Assembly (NCBI GenBank): GCA_964615725.1
Contig: CAZTPW010000001.1
Coordinates: 18,700-82,699, forward strand
From: an uncultured Candidatus Saccharibacteria bacterium
Lineage (GTDB): Bacteria; Patescibacteriota; Minisyncoccia; Phycocordibacterales; CAZTPW01
Reading direction: 5' to 3'
DNA: 64,000 bases
The notes beneath the pieces were generated by a model that searched no databases, had not been told where the DNA came from, and saw only the letters and a list, made by a program, of their open reading frames with translations. Position numbers and translations under genes: made by a program. This document shows positions 39,867 through 49,565 of the stretch, in pieces (within the stretch, counting starts at the first letter, position 1; every line of letters begins with the position of its first letter).

Positions 39867-39870
39867 GGGC

Positions 39871-40743
39871 TTATTCTTGAATGATAATTGGTTTTGGGTG
39901 ACTTGATATAAGATCAGCGATGACAATGACTCGATTTTCTACACTTCCAGGGACATTACAGGTAGAAAGGGTAAGTGTTCGACCATCATTACTGAGAGGA
40001 ATCGCGGCGGCGTTAGTTACTGATTGCACTGAGCGGATTTTGTAGACATAGACGTTTTCGGTGCCAGTCACTTGAATCTCCTCGCCTGCCTTGAGCTGGT
40101 AAATTCCCGTGAATGCTTTGTAGGCTTGGTTCTTTACGATCTTTGCGTAGGAGCTATGACCGAATATAAAAACATTTCCATCCTGATTTAAGAACGCACT
40201 CTCAGGGTAGCGTACCGCCCCTTTCAGGAGAAAACTGCTTAGCGTAGCGAGGTTTTTCTCTTCTGGATTAAAGACTGAAACCTCCTTCTTGATTGATGGG
40301 AAGAAAATTGATTGAGGGGTTTCAAGGGTGCCGGATGTAGTATACACAAGCGGTGGAAAGACGCGAGTACTTACCTCATGTGATTGGTTTTTGAGCGCCG
40401 AGCTCCCTTGGGCAAGCGCGGCTGTGGTGCGAATTTGTGCTACCTCAATATCTGGAGCCGCTGAAGTAATCTTTTTTACCCCAACAATCGACGCCACAAC
40501 GCTTTTATCAGTTTCTTCTGGAACAATCTCATCACCACCTGACGATGCGTGGAGAATATCGGATACCGCTACGTAGTGAGGCTGAATTTTTTCCTGGATA
40601 TTGTTTGGGAGAAAACCAAAAATACCAGAAAGGGTGAAAATAACGAAGGCGAAAATTGCCACAGTAAATGAAAAGCCGTACGTATGTGGCGCAACCTTTC
40701 TATGAAGCGCTTTGACGGGCGCCAAAATTCCTTTGATTTTCAT
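39871..40743 (-). CDS. sortase
   Basis: N-terminal TM anchor, FGHSS (His), LTLSTC (Cys) and NRVIV (Arg) triad. Confidence 0.9.
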   Translation of the reverse strand: MKIKGILAPVKALHRKVAPHTYGFSFTVAIFAFVIFTLSGIFGFLPNNIQEKIQPHYVAVSDILHASSGGDEIVPEETDKSVVASIVGVKKITSAAPDIEVAQIRTTAALAQGSSALKNQSHEVSTRVFPPLVYTTSGTLETPQSIFFPSIKKEVSVFNPEEKNLATLSSFLLKGAVRYPESAFLNQDGNVFIFGHSSYAKIVKNQAYKAFTGIYQLKAGEEIQVTGTENVYVYKIRSVQSVTNAAAIPLSNDGRTLTLSTCNVPGSVENRVIVIADLISSHPKPIIIQE

Positions 40744-40806
40744 ATGAGATGCGAGAAATCTACCCTTCTATAATACAACTAATATGAGAATTGTCAATTT
40801 ATTGTT

Positions 40807-41388
40807 CTAGCGGTGGCGCACCTTGAGTCCCCAAGCATTTGCATCAGAAAGTCGTGTGCGACGAGCGAGCGGAATTTGTGCGAGACCAAAGAGAATCGTG
40901 AGTACGATAGTGGCGACTTTGTAGTGGACCCACTCCTGTTCGGTATAGTTTCTCCAGACGTATTCGTTGGTAATTGCCAAAAAGAAGAAAAAGAACATCC
41001 AGCGGTGTGAGAGCTTCTCCCATCCCCTATCCTGGATAGAAAAAAGTGAATGAAAAAGTCGCTTGAGTGGCAATCTCCCTGAGAGAGTACCTACCATCAT
41101 AACGACACCAAATGCCCCATTGTATATCGTGTCCTTAATGATCAAATAATGTGGATCATGAAAAATAATCGTAAGTCCACCGAAAATCACGATCGAGATA
41201 CCTGCAATGAGCGGAAAGAGTGCCATTTTTTCATGATGATGATAAGCCAAAAGGAGTGTCACGAGTGTTGTGACTACAAAAATAATGGTCGCTGGGACAA
41301 ACTTCAAAAATTCGAAAGAAAAGAAGAAAACGACAATCGGACCAAATTCAATAAACCAACTCAGAGCAATTTTTCTGATGTTCCTCAC
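40807..41388 (-). CDS. YciB/IspZ intracellular septation protein family membrane protein
   Basis: EFGPIVVFF, FGGLT..FHD...IK.TI, NEYVWR..W...K; GTG start 6 nt after TATACT. Confidence 0.85.
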   Translation of the reverse strand: MRNIRKIALSWFIEFGPIVVFFFSFEFLKFVPATIIFVVTTLVTLLLAYHHHEKMALFPLIAGISIVIFGGLTIIFHDPHYLIIKDTIYNGAFGVVMMVGTLSGRLPLKRLFHSLFSIQDRGWEKLSHRWMFFFFFLAITNEYVWRNYTEQEWVHYKVATIVLTILFGLAQIPLARRTRLSDANAWGLKVRHR

Positions 41389-41454
41389 CCTTATAGTATA
41401 TCGCCCCATACCCATACTTGACAAACATGAATATTGATATATAATTCGCATACT

Positions 41455-42516
41455 ATGGAAAACCTACCAGGAATGCCAGTCAATCAGCCGGAAAAGCCAA
41501 AGTTTCTTGAGCCAGGGCATGGTGCCACAAAGGCGCTTGCGATTTTTGGTGTAATCGCTGCATTGGCACTTGTAAGTATTGGTATTATCAAGATTGCCCC
41601 TTCTATCATTCGAGGTATTGCCTCAGCGGCAGTATCTATTTCTTCAGTATTCCTCCCTGCTGAAAAAATTGCTTTTGATTCAAATAAATACACGATCGGA
41701 TCTGGCGAAGAATTTACCCTTACTTGGGAGCGTGAGGCTGACGCCAAAGGTGATGGCTCATATACTTTGAGCTATCCTTGTGAGACCGGAGTTCACTTTG
41801 AGCTTATTCAAAATGGTAAGGCTCAGGTTATTTTCTGCAATACATCATTCAACTTTTTGAATGAAAACAATTCCGTCAAACTCGTAGGCTACAATACCAA
41901 GAGCAATTCTCTTGAAATCCCGATTACACTTCATTTCCGAAAGAATGGTGCATCGAGCGACACAACAACATCAGTTGTTTCAATGACTATTACCAAAGGC
42001 GCGACGCCTTCACAGCCGGTAAATACTGACGGCCAGACTGGTACTCAGACAGGTACGCAGCCTCGTACCGGCACTCGTACAGAGCGTCTCTACCCTATTC
42101 GAATTGGTTCACAGGGTGGTGTAAGCAATCCAAATGGCTATGTTGACCTTACAGGCCGAATTCTCGAAGTTGGTACCGTAAGCACTACTACCAACGTCTT
42201 CACCGCAAAAGATAAGGTACGACCTGATCAGCGAGCTGCGGTTCGATTTGAAGTCATCAACAATGGTACCAAGACTTCTTCTGAATGGGCTTTCGCTGCG
42301 GTGCTTCCTACATTCCCAAGCTATATCTTCCAGTCAGAATACCAGCAACCTCTCGCTCCTGGCGACCGAATCCAATTCACCATCGGCTTCGACAGCATCA
42401 TTCGTCAGTCTGAAAATACCATCAAGATCAATATCGACAATACCAATTACGTGATGGAGCCAAACAAGGACAACAATATCGTTTCCGGCAAGATTTACGT
42501 CGATCTATCAAACTAA
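41455..42516 (+). CDS. membrane-anchored surface protein with C-terminal CARDB-like Ig domain
   Basis: N-terminal TM, T/G/Q linker, NNGT..PLAPG...ID..N.V.E...DNN pattern; promoter TTGACA-16-TATAAT. Confidence 0.75.
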   Translation: MENLPGMPVNQPEKPKFLEPGHGATKALAIFGVIAALALVSIGIIKIAPSIIRGIASAAVSISSVFLPAEKIAFDSNKYTIGSGEEFTLTWEREADAKGDGSYTLSYPCETGVHFELIQNGKAQVIFCNTSFNFLNENNSVKLVGYNTKSNSLEIPITLHFRKNGASSDTTTSVVSMTITKGATPSQPVNTDGQTGTQTGTQPRTGTRTERLYPIRIGSQGGVSNPNGYVDLTGRILEVGTVSTTTNVFTAKDKVRPDQRAAVRFEVINNGTKTSSEWAFAAVLPTFPSYIFQSEYQQPLAPGDRIQFTIGFDSIIRQSENTIKINIDNTNYVMEPNKDNNIVSGKIYVDLSN

Positions 42517-42556
42517 GCGAAAGAAAACCTCCCGATGGGAGGTTTTCTTTCGCTTA
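42514..42556. terminator. bidirectional terminator, perfect 20-bp arms
   Basis: TAAGCGAAAGAAAACCTCCC-gat-GGGAGGTTTTCTTTCGCTTA between convergent genes. Confidence 0.9.
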
Positions 42557-43510
42557 TGATTTGACTTCTTCAAGTTTCTTTATTGATTCTTTTTTTATCT
42601 CATGAAATAAGACTTCAACGCCAGGGCCATCAAAAGTGAACCCTGATCTGCTTCGAAGGTAAATTTGTATTAAGTCAGAAAGTGGCATTTTTTTGAGTTC
42701 AAAAGAAGTTAAATTACCAACACCTAAAGCTACCTGAACATACTGAGAAATCTGATTTGCTTCTAAGAGAGTTACCAGGTCTCCTTCTAAATGCCTGACA
42801 TAACGATCCTTGGCTTTTCTAATTTTTTCTTGCAATTCAACCCTATCTTCATTATTTGTTAGGAATGAACATTCAACTCTTCCTTGACCAAAATCAAGTG
42901 TGGCCTGATCGTCTAACTCATCGGAGGTAGGTTTTACATAAGCAATAAGCGCTTTAGGTTGCAAACAACTCATAAGCATCTTTTTCTCATAACTTTCTAT
43001 GGGTTGGATATCTTCAATGATTTCAGGAATCTTCTCCTTAAAAGTGCCTGCATACCAACCCTTATAAGCTACTTCCATAAGTTCAATATATTCCCTGAGT
43101 ATTTCTGGTCCTTTGCCATAAAAAGTGGCGTCCTCGTGATTATATGTGCAATAAACCTTACGTCTCATAGCGTGCTTATCTGGTTGTAGTCTTGGTTTTA
43201 TCTCACCACCTTTGCCATTTTGAACAAGTCTAAAAAGATCTGCGAGCAAGGGGTGGGTACTGAATACAGCTTTTAGACTTTCAACATTATCTAGTTTATT
43301 TTGAATACCACCATCTTTAATGTCTTCCTCAAACCATGCACTTGTACCATGAAACAATGTTGGTAGATCCATTGAAATTTCTTGGGATTCGTAATTATAT
43401 CCATCATCGATAATTAAATGGCGTAGTTTGAAAACCTCTCTTATCTCCTCAAGTGGTCTCTCTTTTTGTAACTGTTCGTTTGAAAAATTTTGGTACTCTC
43501 TATTTTCCAT
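42554..43510 (-). CDS. hypothetical protein with ADP-ribosyltransferase-like motifs
   Basis: LFHGTS, VYCT...A..Y, late VEVL; start MENREY 4 nt after the upstream stop. Confidence 0.55.
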   Translation of the reverse strand: MENREYQNFSNEQLQKERPLEEIREVFKLRHLIIDDGYNYESQEISMDLPTLFHGTSAWFEEDIKDGGIQNKLDNVESLKAVFSTHPLLADLFRLVQNGKGGEIKPRLQPDKHAMRRKVYCTYNHEDATFYGKGPEILREYIELMEVAYKGWYAGTFKEKIPEIIEDIQPIESYEKKMLMSCLQPKALIAYVKPTSDELDDQATLDFGQGRVECSFLTNNEDRVELQEKIRKAKDRYVRHLEGDLVTLLEANQISQYVQVALGVGNLTSFELKKMPLSDLIQIYLRSRSGFTFDGPGVEVLFHEIKKESIKKLEEVKS

Positions 43511-43514
43511 GGAA

Positions 43515-45371
43515 TTACAATGAAAAAATATACTTCCTATCAACCGGAACGCGGCTATCCCAGCCATCACTGCTAGTTTTATAAATTTCAAGATCAATTC
43601 TTCTTGGATCGCCAGCATGATCTGGGCGTTTCAAAACAAATATATGGGCAACGCCAGACAGGCTTGCGGGTCGATTATCAAAAACTTGAAAATATTCAAA
43701 TTTATCTGTGGGCTCACCCTTATATTGTTCTCTAAGAAAAGGGATAATTTCCCCTGGACACAACCTTAAACCAACCTGACCAAGCGCCAGAGCAATTTGC
43801 CGCATAGAAATATCCCCTTGCTGTGCCCAAGGAAATAATTGCTTTGCGGAAAAAGCTGCAAGTTTATAAGATTTTTCATGACCATCAAATTTCATTTTCA
43901 ATATTTCCTCCTTCGCTTCACCAGAAGGAAAGTTGTGATGCTCCAACAACGCTAAAGCGTCCTGAGCTGTCCTTACGTTAGGTTTAATTGTGATGGTTTG
44001 ACAAAAAGCAATTCTTTTAGGAAATTCCTCATAAATAATTGTGTTTTTGTGTGCACGCCTTGCCACTTCCGGCTCCCACTTACCAACGTAAACTCGTATT
44101 GAATCATTAAGCTGCTCTAATGATTCTGCGACCTGATTATTTTCAATTCCAAGAATTGTAGCAATATCACTTCTTCTCTCCTTACTTCTGTTGTCGAGTA
44201 ATTCTTTAATCCTTGGATCTTTTTGATATCCAAAACTTTTAATCGGTTTGTCGATTTCGTATAAAAACACAAGCTCGTCCTTTGTAAAAGGTACGGCTTT
44301 TTGCTGTTTTTTCTCGAGCTCAGTAAGTAGCCGCATATCTGCAACCTTCTGACGATATACATCAGCTTCGGAACCAAACTCTTTAAGTTTTTCGTCGAGA
44401 ATATCCTGCATCAGTGGTTCAACTTCCTGATGCGGAAGAATTCCTCGGACTTCAGCAAGCGTCTTTGAACCTTCCATGCGAATTGCGATACGTGGCTGTT
44501 TTGCTTCTCCAGTTGAATTATTCGTATAATATACATAAAAATCTCCTGACTTAACCTGAGTCTCAGCAGTTGATCTACCCGCAGTGCACCAACCAGTGCC
44601 TTTATTTTCAAGAGATTTGAAAAGTTTCTCAGCTGCACCATCTTCATTTTGATTATATTTTACCCATTTTCCGACAATCTCCTCACGATTTTCAATTGAG
44701 GAGGCAAGAGATTTTAACGTCAGCTCGGCGTAAAGGGATGGAAATTTTCTATCAAATTGTTGCCGGGCTTCTATATCCTTATTATTGTCCTTTACGCGCT
44801 CGTAAATATCAGCAATCTGTGCCAGAGGTTCTCTATAGATATCAGGAAAAGGTGCGACGGTGGTGGCAGTTCGTTTTTTGAATTCACCTCGTTCTTTGTC
44901 AAATTGCGAGAGTTTAATGATCTGGTTCCATACATAATACTTAAACCAGACTGGGTATACAGCATCGGAAGACGTCAAATAATCAACCCACACATCCAAC
45001 GAATGCTTCTGGTCTTCTATGGCAGTATTTATCATTAAGTCTCTTGTCTCCTGGGGGATTTCTTCAACAGCCTGACCTCGTTCGCGTGCTATCTTTTTTT
45101 GAAGATCAAAAAAAGATTCTGGAAAATTCTCTTTTTTAATAACAAGAGCATCGTATATTTCATGTCGAAACATATCAACATTACGCTTCCGCGCATCCTC
45201 ATCTTCATTAAGGAAAATTTTTTCGAGACGATCAAGATAACTTTGAATACGCCTTGATGGATCATTAGGGATTTCCTCTCCCGCCTTGCGCTCATCACGT
45301 TCCACCGCGTGCTCCACATCAGATGAAATTTGGAGTTCGGGATTTTTGAGATGAAGGGGATGCTTTTCCAT
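43515..45371 (-). CDS. hypothetical protein with GTGWCTAG (PcfJ-like) domain
   Basis: 618 aa; W.KY...GTGWCTAG...GDFYVYY...PRIAIRM...EVRG..Q. Confidence 0.7.
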   Translation of the reverse strand: MEKHPLHLKNPELQISSDVEHAVERDERKAGEEIPNDPSRRIQSYLDRLEKIFLNEDEDARKRNVDMFRHEIYDALVIKKENFPESFFDLQKKIARERGQAVEEIPQETRDLMINTAIEDQKHSLDVWVDYLTSSDAVYPVWFKYYVWNQIIKLSQFDKERGEFKKRTATTVAPFPDIYREPLAQIADIYERVKDNNKDIEARQQFDRKFPSLYAELTLKSLASSIENREEIVGKWVKYNQNEDGAAEKLFKSLENKGTGWCTAGRSTAETQVKSGDFYVYYTNNSTGEAKQPRIAIRMEGSKTLAEVRGILPHQEVEPLMQDILDEKLKEFGSEADVYRQKVADMRLLTELEKKQQKAVPFTKDELVFLYEIDKPIKSFGYQKDPRIKELLDNRSKERRSDIATILGIENNQVAESLEQLNDSIRVYVGKWEPEVARRAHKNTIIYEEFPKRIAFCQTITIKPNVRTAQDALALLEHHNFPSGEAKEEILKMKFDGHEKSYKLAAFSAKQLFPWAQQGDISMRQIALALGQVGLRLCPGEIIPFLREQYKGEPTDKFEYFQVFDNRPASLSGVAHIFVLKRPDHAGDPRRIDLEIYKTSSDGWDSRVPVDRKYIFSL

Positions 45372-45380
45372 TAGTTAAAA

Positions 45381-47465
45381 CTAAATATCCAAATTGGCAG
45401 ACTTCGCGTTTGACTGAATGAAACTCTTTCGAGCTGGCACATCAGTACCCATCAACATATCGAAGACAACATCGGCATCAGCCGCGTCTTCAATGCGCAC
45501 CTGCTTCAATACACGACGAGCTGGATCCATGGTGGTTTCCCAGAGCTCCTCTGCATTCATTTCTCCAAGACCTTTGTATCGCTGAATGGTAAATTTCTGC
45601 TTCTTTGAATCCCCTTTGCCTGCCTTCTTTGGTGATTCGTCATTCTCCTCTTCCTCAGTGTCTTCAGCATCCTCGCCTTCGTTTTCAGCAATATCCTGAA
45701 TCTCCACAGTGTCGGCATCTTTTCCTACAATCTTTGCTTTTTCAGCATCAGAATATGCATAGTAGATCGTCTTGCCTGCTTTGATCTTGTAGAGCGGTGG
45801 CTGAGCAATGTACACATATCCTCCATCAATCAATGGTCGGAAATATCGATACAAGAGTGTGAGAATAAGCGTACGGATGTGTGCACCGTCCACGTCGGCA
45901 TCGGTAGCAATAATGATTTTATGATAACGAAGCTTTGAGAGATCAAAAGTGTCACCGATCGCAGTACCCATGGCGATAACGAGATTTTTAATCTGCTCAG
46001 AAGCAAGCATTCGGTCGAGGCGGGCGCGCTCGATGTTCAAAATCTTACCTCGAAGTGGGAGGATGGCCTGGGTACGACGGTCGCGCCCGACCTTCGCAGT
46101 ACCACCCGCTGAGTCTCCCTCCACAATGAAGACCTCTGACTCACTTGCGTCTTTTGTCTGACAGTCAGCAAGCTTTCCTGGAAGTGTCATACCTTCAAGC
46201 ACACCCTTTCGGAGGATGCTGTCCTTTGCAGCTTTGGCCGCTTTTCGTGCCTTAAGCGCAAGAACGGCCTTTCCTACGATCATTTTTGCATCATCAGGAT
46301 TTTCCTCAAGGAATGCAGCAAAAGCCTCTCCAAAGACACTTTCAACGGCTCCACGAGCTTCCACGCTACCAAGCTTTGCTTTGGTCTGTCCTTCAAACTG
46401 GATTTCCCGCATTTTCACCGAGACCACAGCAGTAAGACCCTCAACAACGTCATCTCCTGTGAAGTTGTCTTCACTTTCGCGAATCAAACTATTCTTTCGT
46501 CCATAGGTGTTCAATGTACGAGTAAGAGCGGTCTTGAAGCCGGTCACATGAGTACCACCTTCTGAGTTGTAGATGTTATTTGCAAAAGGAAGAATGCGTG
46601 ATGAGATGTCATCGACGTACTGTAGCGCCACTTCGACAGACTCGACTCCTTCAGTTTTCTTCTCAACATAGAAAACATTGCGATGAAGAGGCTTCAAAAC
46701 ATGGTTGGTAAACTTCACGAGCGAAAGAAGTCCTCCTTCAAAATAGAAGGTATGCGACGGGGCATTATAACCAAGATCTCGGATATAAATGGTCTTGTCG
46801 TAATCAATATTTCCAGCAACCTCGCGAGCATCGATCACGCTGATACGCAAACCTCGAACGAGATACGCTTGCTGACGCATATAGTTAACGACACGGTGGA
46901 AATCAAATGTTTGCTTGCCGAAAATAATTTCATCTGGCTCGAAGGTAACGATGGTACCGTTGAACTTTGATGGGCCGGTGCGCTTGGTAGCTGCTTTTTT
47001 CTTTCCCTGAGAGTATTCCTGGAAATAATGACCACCTTCTCGATGGACATCAACACGACAAAAGACTGAGAGTGCGTTTACCACAGACGCACCCACTCCA
47101 TGGAGACCTCCAGAAACCTTGTAGCCCTCACCACCAAACTTACCTCCGGCGTGGAGCACAGTCATGATGGTCTCGAGAGCTGAGACTTTTGTCTGCTTGT
47201 GGACGTCGACTGGAATACCTCGACCGTTGTCAACCACGCGGATACGGTTACTAGGCAGAAATGTAATTTCAATATCATTACAATGACCACCCATCGCTTC
47301 GTCGCGGGAGTTGTCGAAAATTTCATTAATGAGGTGATGAAAACCGTCTGGTCCAGTGGTACCAATGTACATACCAGGACGCTTTCGCACTGGCTCAAGA
47401 CCCTCCAGAACGGTGATCGAATCAGCGCCGTACCCACTCTTCTTTTCCTCCTTTTCTTTGGCCAT
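45381..47465 (-). CDS. gyrB: DNA gyrase subunit B
   Basis: LEPVRKRPGMYIG, EGDSAGG, PLRGK, DADVDG, QRYKGLGEM. Confidence 0.95.
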   Translation of the reverse strand: MAKEKEEKKSGYGADSITVLEGLEPVRKRPGMYIGTTGPDGFHHLINEIFDNSRDEAMGGHCNDIEITFLPSNRIRVVDNGRGIPVDVHKQTKVSALETIMTVLHAGGKFGGEGYKVSGGLHGVGASVVNALSVFCRVDVHREGGHYFQEYSQGKKKAATKRTGPSKFNGTIVTFEPDEIIFGKQTFDFHRVVNYMRQQAYLVRGLRISVIDAREVAGNIDYDKTIYIRDLGYNAPSHTFYFEGGLLSLVKFTNHVLKPLHRNVFYVEKKTEGVESVEVALQYVDDISSRILPFANNIYNSEGGTHVTGFKTALTRTLNTYGRKNSLIRESEDNFTGDDVVEGLTAVVSVKMREIQFEGQTKAKLGSVEARGAVESVFGEAFAAFLEENPDDAKMIVGKAVLALKARKAAKAAKDSILRKGVLEGMTLPGKLADCQTKDASESEVFIVEGDSAGGTAKVGRDRRTQAILPLRGKILNIERARLDRMLASEQIKNLVIAMGTAIGDTFDLSKLRYHKIIIATDADVDGAHIRTLILTLLYRYFRPLIDGGYVYIAQPPLYKIKAGKTIYYAYSDAEKAKIVGKDADTVEIQDIAENEGEDAEDTEEEENDESPKKAGKGDSKKQKFTIQRYKGLGEMNAEELWETTMDPARRVLKQVRIEDAADADVVFDMLMGTDVPARKSFIQSNAKSANLDI

Positions 47466-47598
47466 ATAAATGCGAAATCGTTACAAAAATATAATAAGAT
47501 ACCGAGTATCCTTACCCCTTTATTATATCAAATTGGTCAAGAAAAACCAAGGTGGAAAAACCTCGAAAAACCTTGACATAAAGCCCTAAAATGGCTTA

Positions 47599-49563
47599 TT
47601 AGCGAGTAATCCAACCCTTCTTTGAGGCTGCTTCGTAGATTGACTGCATAATAGTGTTTACTTCACTTTCCTCGAGAGTGCGCTCATTTGATTGGAATAC
47701 AATTCGGTAGGCATATGAGGTCTTTAGGGTGCCGTCTTCCATCTTCTTGCTAAAAACATCAAAGAGGCGGCGGCGCACCATAAGCGGCCCAGCGAGTGAG
47801 TCAATAAGTTCTTGCATCTCTTCGGGTTTTGTGGCTTCAGGAACGAACGCTGCTATGTCGCGGACAATATACGGGTAGGGTGAGATTGGTACATAACGAA
47901 TTCCTTCGGGGATTTTTCCGAATGAAAGTTCTGCGAGAGATTTTGGTTGAGGGAGTTTTTTGAGCTCTTCCTCAATAAAAATTTCGCACATTGCTCCTGA
48001 AGGGGTGTTTTTAATTGTTGCCTGTCCAAAGATGGGGGCAATCTCTTTGTCGAGGGCACTAAGTGCATTTTTGATGAGCGTCTCGCCGGTAATTCCTTTC
48101 ATTTTCTTTACCTGTTGAGCAGAGAGTGAAAGCACCGTGGTCTCACCTGATGGCAAGTCACTCACCTTTCGAGGAAACACTTTTCCGATTTCAAACATCT
48201 GAATCGCTTCGCGCTCGAGAATGTCGATGTTGAGTACATTCATTTTGAGTGCTCGCTCTGTATTTGTGAGAAGTGTTGTGCGAAGGAATTTTTTGTCAGA
48301 AGCAAGCGGATAGGCGACCTCATAATCCCCTTTTTGTACAAACGTATAGAGCAAGGTCTCTGAGAAACCCTGAGCTTTGAGTACATTTTTAATTTTTTCG
48401 CAATAGTAGAAGAGTGGATCGATGAGTTTGTCCGAATGAAGATTGGGTGGAAGTATAGCGGGAATCTTATCGTATCCATAGATACGACCAACCTCTTCAG
48501 CAATATCAGCTGGAATAGTCAGATCAAGTCGATATGAAGGAATATGACACACTATTTCATCACCTGCACCCTTTTCAGTCCTTACATCCAAGCGAGCAAG
48601 TATCGTTGAAATTTCTTGGGAACTGATACTTACACCAAGGATTGTTGAAATGATTGACGGGGTTACGGTAACGGTGCGCTCAATAGACTTCGGTGATCCA
48701 ACAGAAGAGCGCGCTCCGATTTTTATACCTTTAAGGGTTGATACGGCGATAGCGAGGGCGAGGTCGAGACCTTCGTCGATACGTTGCACTGGAATCGAGT
48801 TTTCGAAACGCTTTGAGGCATCAGTGCGTATGCCGATCTTTGAAGTGGTTACGCGCACCGATTCAGCTTTAAAATTACCTGCAACAAAAACTGCATTACG
48901 TGTTGAATCATCAACCTCAGCTCGCTTGCCACCTTTGATACCAGCAATGGCAAGAGGACCCTCATCGTCTGCTTCAACAAACATTGTAGGGTCAAGTTGT
49001 ATCGTCTTCCCATCGAGTGTCACGATACTCTCGCCAGCTTTTGCGTGGCGCAGTGTTATCGTCCCCCTAAGCTTGTCGGCATCGAAAACATGAAGTGGCT
49101 GACCAATATCGAGCAGTACATAATTGGTGATATCGACGAGGAAATTGATTGACCTCTGCCCAACCGCCTCAATGCGCTCCTTAAGCCATGTGGGGGTGGT
49201 GTGTTCTGAAATATGTGTGATAGAAAACGCTGAATACTTCTGACATAGTTCAGAATCTCTACCCTCAGAAAGAGCTAGCGGGTAAGCTTTTTCACTTGCT
49301 TGCGGAAATAGTTTTGTGAGAAGATCGTGGGTTTTTTTGAGTGGAATACCTGTCAAGGCAGATACCTCGTAGGCAATGCCTTTGTGTGAAAGCGCGTAAT
49401 GATTTCTATCCGCGAGTGTCTTGATGTCGAAAATTGTATCGCTACCCTTTTTCTCAATTCCCTCAACCTCAAAAACATGAAATATCAAAATCTCCTCGAG
49501 TTTTGCGGGCTCAGGAAGTGGTTTTTCAAAATATGACTGAAGCCATTCGTAAGAAATTTTCAT
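47599..49563 (-). CDS. pheT: phenylalanine--tRNA ligase beta subunit (short)
   Basis: B3/4, B5 (R.DL...D..EEV.RIYG) and FDX-ACB (RD.AA...RTL) domains; 654 aa. Confidence 0.93.
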   Translation of the reverse strand: MKISYEWLQSYFEKPLPEPAKLEEILIFHVFEVEGIEKKGSDTIFDIKTLADRNHYALSHKGIAYEVSALTGIPLKKTHDLLTKLFPQASEKAYPLALSEGRDSELCQKYSAFSITHISEHTTPTWLKERIEAVGQRSINFLVDITNYVLLDIGQPLHVFDADKLRGTITLRHAKAGESIVTLDGKTIQLDPTMFVEADDEGPLAIAGIKGGKRAEVDDSTRNAVFVAGNFKAESVRVTTSKIGIRTDASKRFENSIPVQRIDEGLDLALAIAVSTLKGIKIGARSSVGSPKSIERTVTVTPSIISTILGVSISSQEISTILARLDVRTEKGAGDEIVCHIPSYRLDLTIPADIAEEVGRIYGYDKIPAILPPNLHSDKLIDPLFYYCEKIKNVLKAQGFSETLLYTFVQKGDYEVAYPLASDKKFLRTTLLTNTERALKMNVLNIDILEREAIQMFEIGKVFPRKVSDLPSGETTVLSLSAQQVKKMKGITGETLIKNALSALDKEIAPIFGQATIKNTPSGAMCEIFIEEELKKLPQPKSLAELSFGKIPEGIRYVPISPYPYIVRDIAAFVPEATKPEEMQELIDSLAGPLMVRRRLFDVFSKKMEDGTLKTSYAYRIVFQSNERTLEESEVNTIMQSIYEAASKKGWITR

Positions 49564-49565
49564 GA

